Positions 58,326 through 64,000 of a DNA stretch of 64,000 bases are shown here, piece after piece; position 1 is the first letter of the stretch, and every line of letters begins with the position of its first letter. The position numbers and the translations under genes are program-made. The notes under the pieces were generated by a model. That model saw only the letters and a program-made list of their open reading frames with translations. It did no database searches and was not told the origin of the DNA. The stretch is from Glaucostegus cemiculus (taxonomy: Eukaryota), in the NCBI GenBank assembly GCA_976551045.1, contig CDPCPM010000005.1:2852001-2916000 (forward strand), given 5' to 3'.

Positions 58326-60930
58326 TCTAATTACAGTGAAACAGCACACACCTCTTTCCATCAAATGTAACCATCGTTGGATGTGAAAGGAACAGAAAAG
58401 AATTAAAGGCATTCAGCTTTCGAGTGATCAGACAAGAAACAGACAGCGTGGAATGGGATTGAATAAATTTATTTCCAGCCGTGTAGTTTTCGTGGTTTAA
58501 GTTACGGATATTCTCACCAGATGGCAAGGTATATCACTAAGGTTAGGGGGAAGGCTAGTCATTGGTACACACAAGTGGGAGCTTACATTGATGGAAAGAT
58601 GTGCAGTATCATTTAAATTCTGTTATGATCTGAAGATTTAGCAATCAATCTAACAGAGGGAATCACAAAATGCATTGTTTTTGTCTTTAGAATTCAGTTG
58701 TTTTTAGGTAGGTGCTAATTGTTAATTTAATGAGCTCTAAATACAGTCTGCTAAGTATGGAGCAGATGGTGCTAGATCTGGCTGCTTGCCCACTATCCCT
58801 GCCTGCCTGCACCCACCTGGGTAAGGTGCAAAGAGTTGAATGGGCTGACCCTCAGCGACAAGGAGGCCTCAGCTGGCGTCTTGCCAAGGCTCCACCCCCA
58901 AAGTCCCTGACAGCCTTTGACAGAGAGCAGGGGAATGGAGCTTTGTCTGCTAATTTCTCTGTGGCTGTTTTACAGCTTTAATTTTCTCTGATATTCAGAT
59001 GCATCCAAAAATCAGTAAAATTGCTATAAATAACTGAAAAAAACAAAGATGTTGAAATAAAAGAAAACAACAGAAGTAAAAATTAAATAACTTACGATTT
59101 TCTTCCTAGTCTCCAGGTCGAGATCCCCAATTGAAATTAACAGGGTCTCTGATCTTTCACCAGGTGGGCTACTGTAGGAAAGAAGAGGGGAATTATCCCA
59201 GCACATTCAGGCTCTGCTATTGAAGACCACTTGCAGTCAACAGACAGATACATTGTCCAGCATGGCTTGAACTTCAAGTGGTCCCGTGTAAGTCCGAGAC
59301 TTATTGTTGAGTGGCTGAACACCAGCAGTTCCCTTTGGTGCTGCTGCCCACAACCAGCACAATGCAGCACAAAGTGCTGTCCGCCAGCTCGAGTAATTGA
59401 TATAGCTCAACGGCAGTAGTCACAGTTGGCTTAGAAACTGGTATTGTGCAATGTGAAGTCATTTTGTGATTCTCCAGGTGTGTGATATCTGCTTTTGGAA
59501 TAAAGGGGACTGTCTGAATAACACATCAAAAGTACAAAACAAGCAAAGCACATGTTAAATAAGTTCAAGCCAGTTCGCTGATATTATTTGATTTAGCAGA
59601 AGAGACGTTACCGTGTCATTCTATTCATATCTTGAAAAGGATATTAGAATTTCTGACAGCTGATTATCACAGAAGTGATGATCATTGCTATCTTGCAAAA
59701 TAAGGGTCTGATTCATTTGAAACCAATGGAGAAGCTGCCAGTATGCAAGCCTATGTAGACTAAGCAGCAGTCTGTGCATTATTCATGAATAAAGAATTGG
59801 AGGATTAAGATAATCACTCGTCTTTCCTTCATGGCCAAAGTAATAGTGAAATATGGTTGTTGCCAGGAATTCACAATCAATATGCTTTTGGTTAATAGCA
59901 CCAGATTAATAATTTAAGGTCCCAAATTATCCAATCCTCTCAATGTGTTAACATGTAAATTGTTTCAATATTCTTGGCTTTTTTTGTATAAACACATTAG
60001 TTTGAAATTCGTTTTCAACTTTGTAGTTTTCATCTGACGGAAAGTGAGAGTGATTGGCAAACACCTTTTAAAAAGAAGAAAAATAACAAAGATTGGTCTT
60101 CAAAGGGACACCATCATCTGCCAAGCTTGCTATTTAAGTGGAAAACTACAATTTCTTTATGATTCACTTAAACTGTTTACAGACCCAGTCATAAAGACAT
60201 CTGCTGAGGCTACCTCTGAACTCGTATCCTATTTGTCCACATTTGCAACATCCGTAACTTTGTGACAATTAAAAGAACATTTTCCTGGCTTTGAGTCTTG
60301 ATGACAATGAAATATAATCTGTTATTGGCCAACATAAGGCAGACTGAAAAAATCTGTTTTTCTTCCTAACCCATTCCCAAAGCTTGCTGAAAAGGGGTAC
60401 ATTAACTAAGGCTTCCACTTTATTCACAGTGAAAATACATAATTGATTATCATGGCTTAATTATGTTAAAATCATTAATTCTTTTGCTAGTAAAAACATG
60501 AATGCAGCTTGGACAATGTCTTTTCCTAATGGCACTCGTTGTACATTTCTTAATCGCTATTATTTGGAGCATTAAAATGTCACAATAAAGTTGCATTCTG
60601 TAAATTACACAGATGCAGTGCAGAAGATTGGTACTCTTATCTTGAAATGGCACATGAATCAAAAATAAATCTAAAAAAAAATCTCCTGTGGAAAGGAGGA
60701 GGGAGAGGTTTCCTGTCTGCTGAAGTAACTGTGAATCAACAACAACAGTGACAACATCTTGTATTTGTAGAGTGTCTTTACTGTGGTAAAACATCCCCAG
60801 GTACTTCGCAGAACTGTTGTAAAACAAAATTTTATTTTGAGCCGGTTAAGGAATTACTTAGAAAAATAACCAAAATCTTGGTCAAAGAGGTAAGTTTTAA
60901 CGGGTATTTTAAAGGATAGGTAGATAGAGG

Positions 60931-61070
60931 TGCAATACAAGAAACTGCAGATGGTGGAATCTGGAGCAGTAAACAAGATGCTGGGGGAACTCAATGGGTC
61001 AGGCAGCATTTGTGGAGGGAATGGGACAATCAACGTTATGGGTCAAGACATTTCATTTTGGCTGATGAAG
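60931..61070 (-). mobile_element. PLE 3' tail fragment inside an L2 fragment
   Basis: AAACTGCAGATGGTGGAATCTGGAGCAG...GGAACTCAATGGGTCAGGCAGCATTTGTGGAGGG. Confidence 0.7.
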
Positions 61071-61389
61071 AGGGAGAGGGACTTCGGGAAGGAATTCTGG
61101 AGTTCAAGCCCTCAGCGACCGCAGAAATATGGTGCCTGTTCAGTGACAGAGCTATGAAATTCTGAAGATTGCCAGCTGAAAAGGGTACTAAACTCTGGAA
61201 ACCACAGTGAGAGTACATTGAAAGACCCATTGATTATATGGGTCTATGAGCCACGAGCTTGGGAAGGCTGGTGAGATGGGAACATTGACTGGGGAGCAAC
61301 AGTGAATTAATTTGGGAAAGGAAATTCACCTTGCTGTTCAGGGATCCAAATGGGGAAGATAAAATTTGAATAGCAACTTTCACTACCTC

Positions 61390-61823
61390 AGGTCAAAGTA
61401 GAACCAGTTAAGTGTCTTAGAAGTGTCAACACTGTTATGTTTTTATTTAGTAAACGTGGTGGTAGCTTATGCACAAGTTTGCAGAAATGATAATGACCAG
61501 TGCTCTGCTTTTGGTCTGTTGACTGAGGGTTAAGTATTGGCCAGGATATTAAGGAGAACTCCCCTGTTCTTATCGCCATGAGACATTCTGGACTTCTCCA
61601 TGCAACATGCCATGCAACATTTTATATTCACCCGAGAGAACATTTCACCCAGGGCCTCGTTTTATCATCTCACCTGAAAGGTGGCACCCTGACAGAGCAG
61701 CTCCCCCTTGGTACTGCACTGAAACATCATTTCAGTTTGAGTGCTCATTTCCCCTGTGTGGGACTTGAACACACAACCTGGAGATACAGAGGCAAAATGC
61801 CCTATACTGTCCCATGCCTGACA
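61390..61823 (-). mobile_element. Deu-domain SINE (SacSINE1/AmnSINE1-like)
   Basis: GGGCCTCGTTTTATCATCTCACCTGAAAGGTGGCACC..GACAG..GTACTGCACTG (reversed Deu domain) and GGGACTTGAAC (reversed B box). Confidence 0.75.
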
Positions 61824-64000
61824 TGATCTGACACTAACCTGTTCTCCCCTCACTGTATTTTCTCAGCAGGAGCACTTCCTCTGATGTTTGAGCTGAGTGA
61901 CGAGGATGCATCAGCTCCAATGTAAGAAGCTCAGTCCTCCTGCCTACATTATAAAGGGTGGGCAGAGACTCAGAATAAAACTACAGCATATCTGGAACTG
62001 GCCAAAAATTCTCAACTCCTGATATTGTGGTGAGAATATGTCATAAGGACAACCGTTTATAAGGAACCAGAAACATAAGAATTAACTTTGGTACAGCTAG
62101 AAAATATTGTTAATTTGAGGTCAGAACAAAAAATACTTTGTCAAACCATAAAGATTGACAGTCTCCAACTGTATATTGTGATAAAGTCAGAAATATCACA
62201 GTTCAAGTCTGTGATGTCTCCAGGGTGCTTGCAATTTTATTTTACTTCAACATTAGATGATTAATTGCTTTATTTTTAAAATAATCTTTAAGATGACACT
62301 GCAGCAATTCAAATGTTTAGACTGCCAGAAATATTAATTGGCCAAGCCAAACAATTATTTTTACATAGCAAAAGACATTGTGATTTAGATTACTCGGAAT
62401 ACACTTTTCTTTTCTCTCTCTAAAAGGCAATTGACTACTTTTAATACTGATCAAAGGCATACATTATATAACTTGATACCATGGCCCAGAAACATGTGGA
62501 CACAGCTGTAGTGTCATGTGTCACAGCTGAAGTTGCTGCCAGCTGGCAAGGACATAAAGGAAGACCAATGCAAACAATTACTGTAATTCATAACACCAAC
62601 TGTGCATTCAGAACACAGTACAGGCTTTATGCAATAACTCTGCATTAAAACACATCCTACGGTGTAGAAATGTTTTAATCACCTGTCAATCTTACCCATG
62701 TGACTGTGCCAAAAAATCACTGTACTTTACTATGCATTGTCCTGCTGAGAGACTGTCACATTTGCAAACGGATGCTTTTTGCACTACATGCCATAGAGGC
62801 ATGATGTTATGTCTCACTGAACTGTCAGACATTTTTGTTTAAGTTACAGTAAAACTTGTTTTGGCAGGGTTTAAATCAAAAATGTGTCATCTGGGCAAAA
62901 ATAAAAAGAATTCACTTAACAGAAGTTTACTTTTGCAAACAGAACGTTAACAGGATGGCGTGGACAGAAATGGTTTGAGTTTTTTTTGAAGCAGTATTTA
63001 TTTAGCAAAAATATTCACTTGTCAGATATTTACTTAAGTGAAAATGACCACATTCTTGATGTTGGATTAGTAAGCACTGAAATTGTAAGTGCTTCAACAG
63101 TACAAAAACAGTTCTGAATTAAGTAATTGCAAGGATCTTATCAAAAGTAGAACTGTGTCTCAAACCATTGCTGCATTAACTTGTTGCACTTTACACTAAG
63201 CTGAAATTTGAATCCTGCTTGCAATTCCTTTAAAATGCATTATGTTTGCATTCAACATTTGGCCAGTGTGATGTTGGCTCTGTTCTAATGCGGATTTCGG
63301 AGCAGTGGATTCCATGAGCCAGGCCTTGGTGTTTACACATAGCAGTCAAGAGTTTAGGAAACCGTCAGCTGCTGGGAATGAGGAAGCTAGATCCACCATG
63401 TGATAACTGAGAAGTGATTTGCAAACAACCTCCTGAAATCCAAATTCAGGGAACCTAAAAGATTAAAGCAGCTTTAGCATTAAGAATTGTACTCTTCCAC
63501 AACTAATGCAAAATGGACCATACAAAACTTAGTCAAGTTTCCGCTTACACTGTTGGCTTTAACAACATCTCTGAATGGGCTTAGATCAGGCTTCATGGGT
63601 TGAGGGTGTTGGTTTGGGTCAGACCAAAATGAAAATCCCAAACGTAAAAACTAGCAGCTGAGCCAAGAAGCAATCAATTATCGTCATGCTCCAGTGTAAA
63701 ATATATCTTTAAAATCCCAACTATATTCATGCCAACAACAAAATGGCAGGAATACAAGCCATTTCTGTTGTTCTTGGCACCTGCAGGTTTATATAGGCCA
63801 AGGATTGATAATCCTAGTGGTGTAAAATACTGAAGTTAAAAGGTTGACATGGAGTTACAACAAATGCATTAGCAAAGGCATATTCATTTCTTTTGAATAA
63901 TTTATACCAATAGTTGTATCTTTCCATTTCAATTTTACACCTACTTGTAGCTTACACAAAAGTTGCTGGCTGTGACCCCAAGCCATTACATAAAAATGCT

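Noticed and set aside
62680-62693. 14-bp inverted identity with 2755-2768
   Set aside because: Several 14-mer matches are expected by chance in 64 kb.

Overview
Eukaryotic, repeat-dense vertebrate DNA. The repeat set (CR1 LINEs, V-type tRNA SINEs, Deu-domain SINEs, Rex1/Babar, L2 and Penelope-like fragments) points to a cartilaginous fish, probably a batoid; this is inferred from the repeats only. I recognise no host protein-coding gene, so the window looks intergenic or intronic. The only long ORFs belong to two young, 5'-truncated CR1 retrotransposons of different subfamilies lying head-to-head (48543-52381 minus; 53277-56826 plus). Each has an intact APE-RT ORF2, part of an SGNH-esterase ORF1, an octamer tail and a target-site duplication (TSD). 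The most interesting observation is that both ORF1s end in T_TTA_AAC-stop, a canonical X_XXY_YYZ slippery heptamer in the correct phase, and the -1 frame is ORF2. This suggests programmed -1 ribosomal frameshifting that makes an esterase-APE-RT fusion. Also present: many Penelope-derived fragments with minimal hammerhead-ribozyme motifs (two with clear TSDs, one folded back on itself), a solo LTR with a 4-bp TSD, a 21-bp minisatellite, SINE subfamilies with swapped LINE tails, and a few unexplained structured or CpG-undepleted segments. Boundaries of old repeats are approximate.
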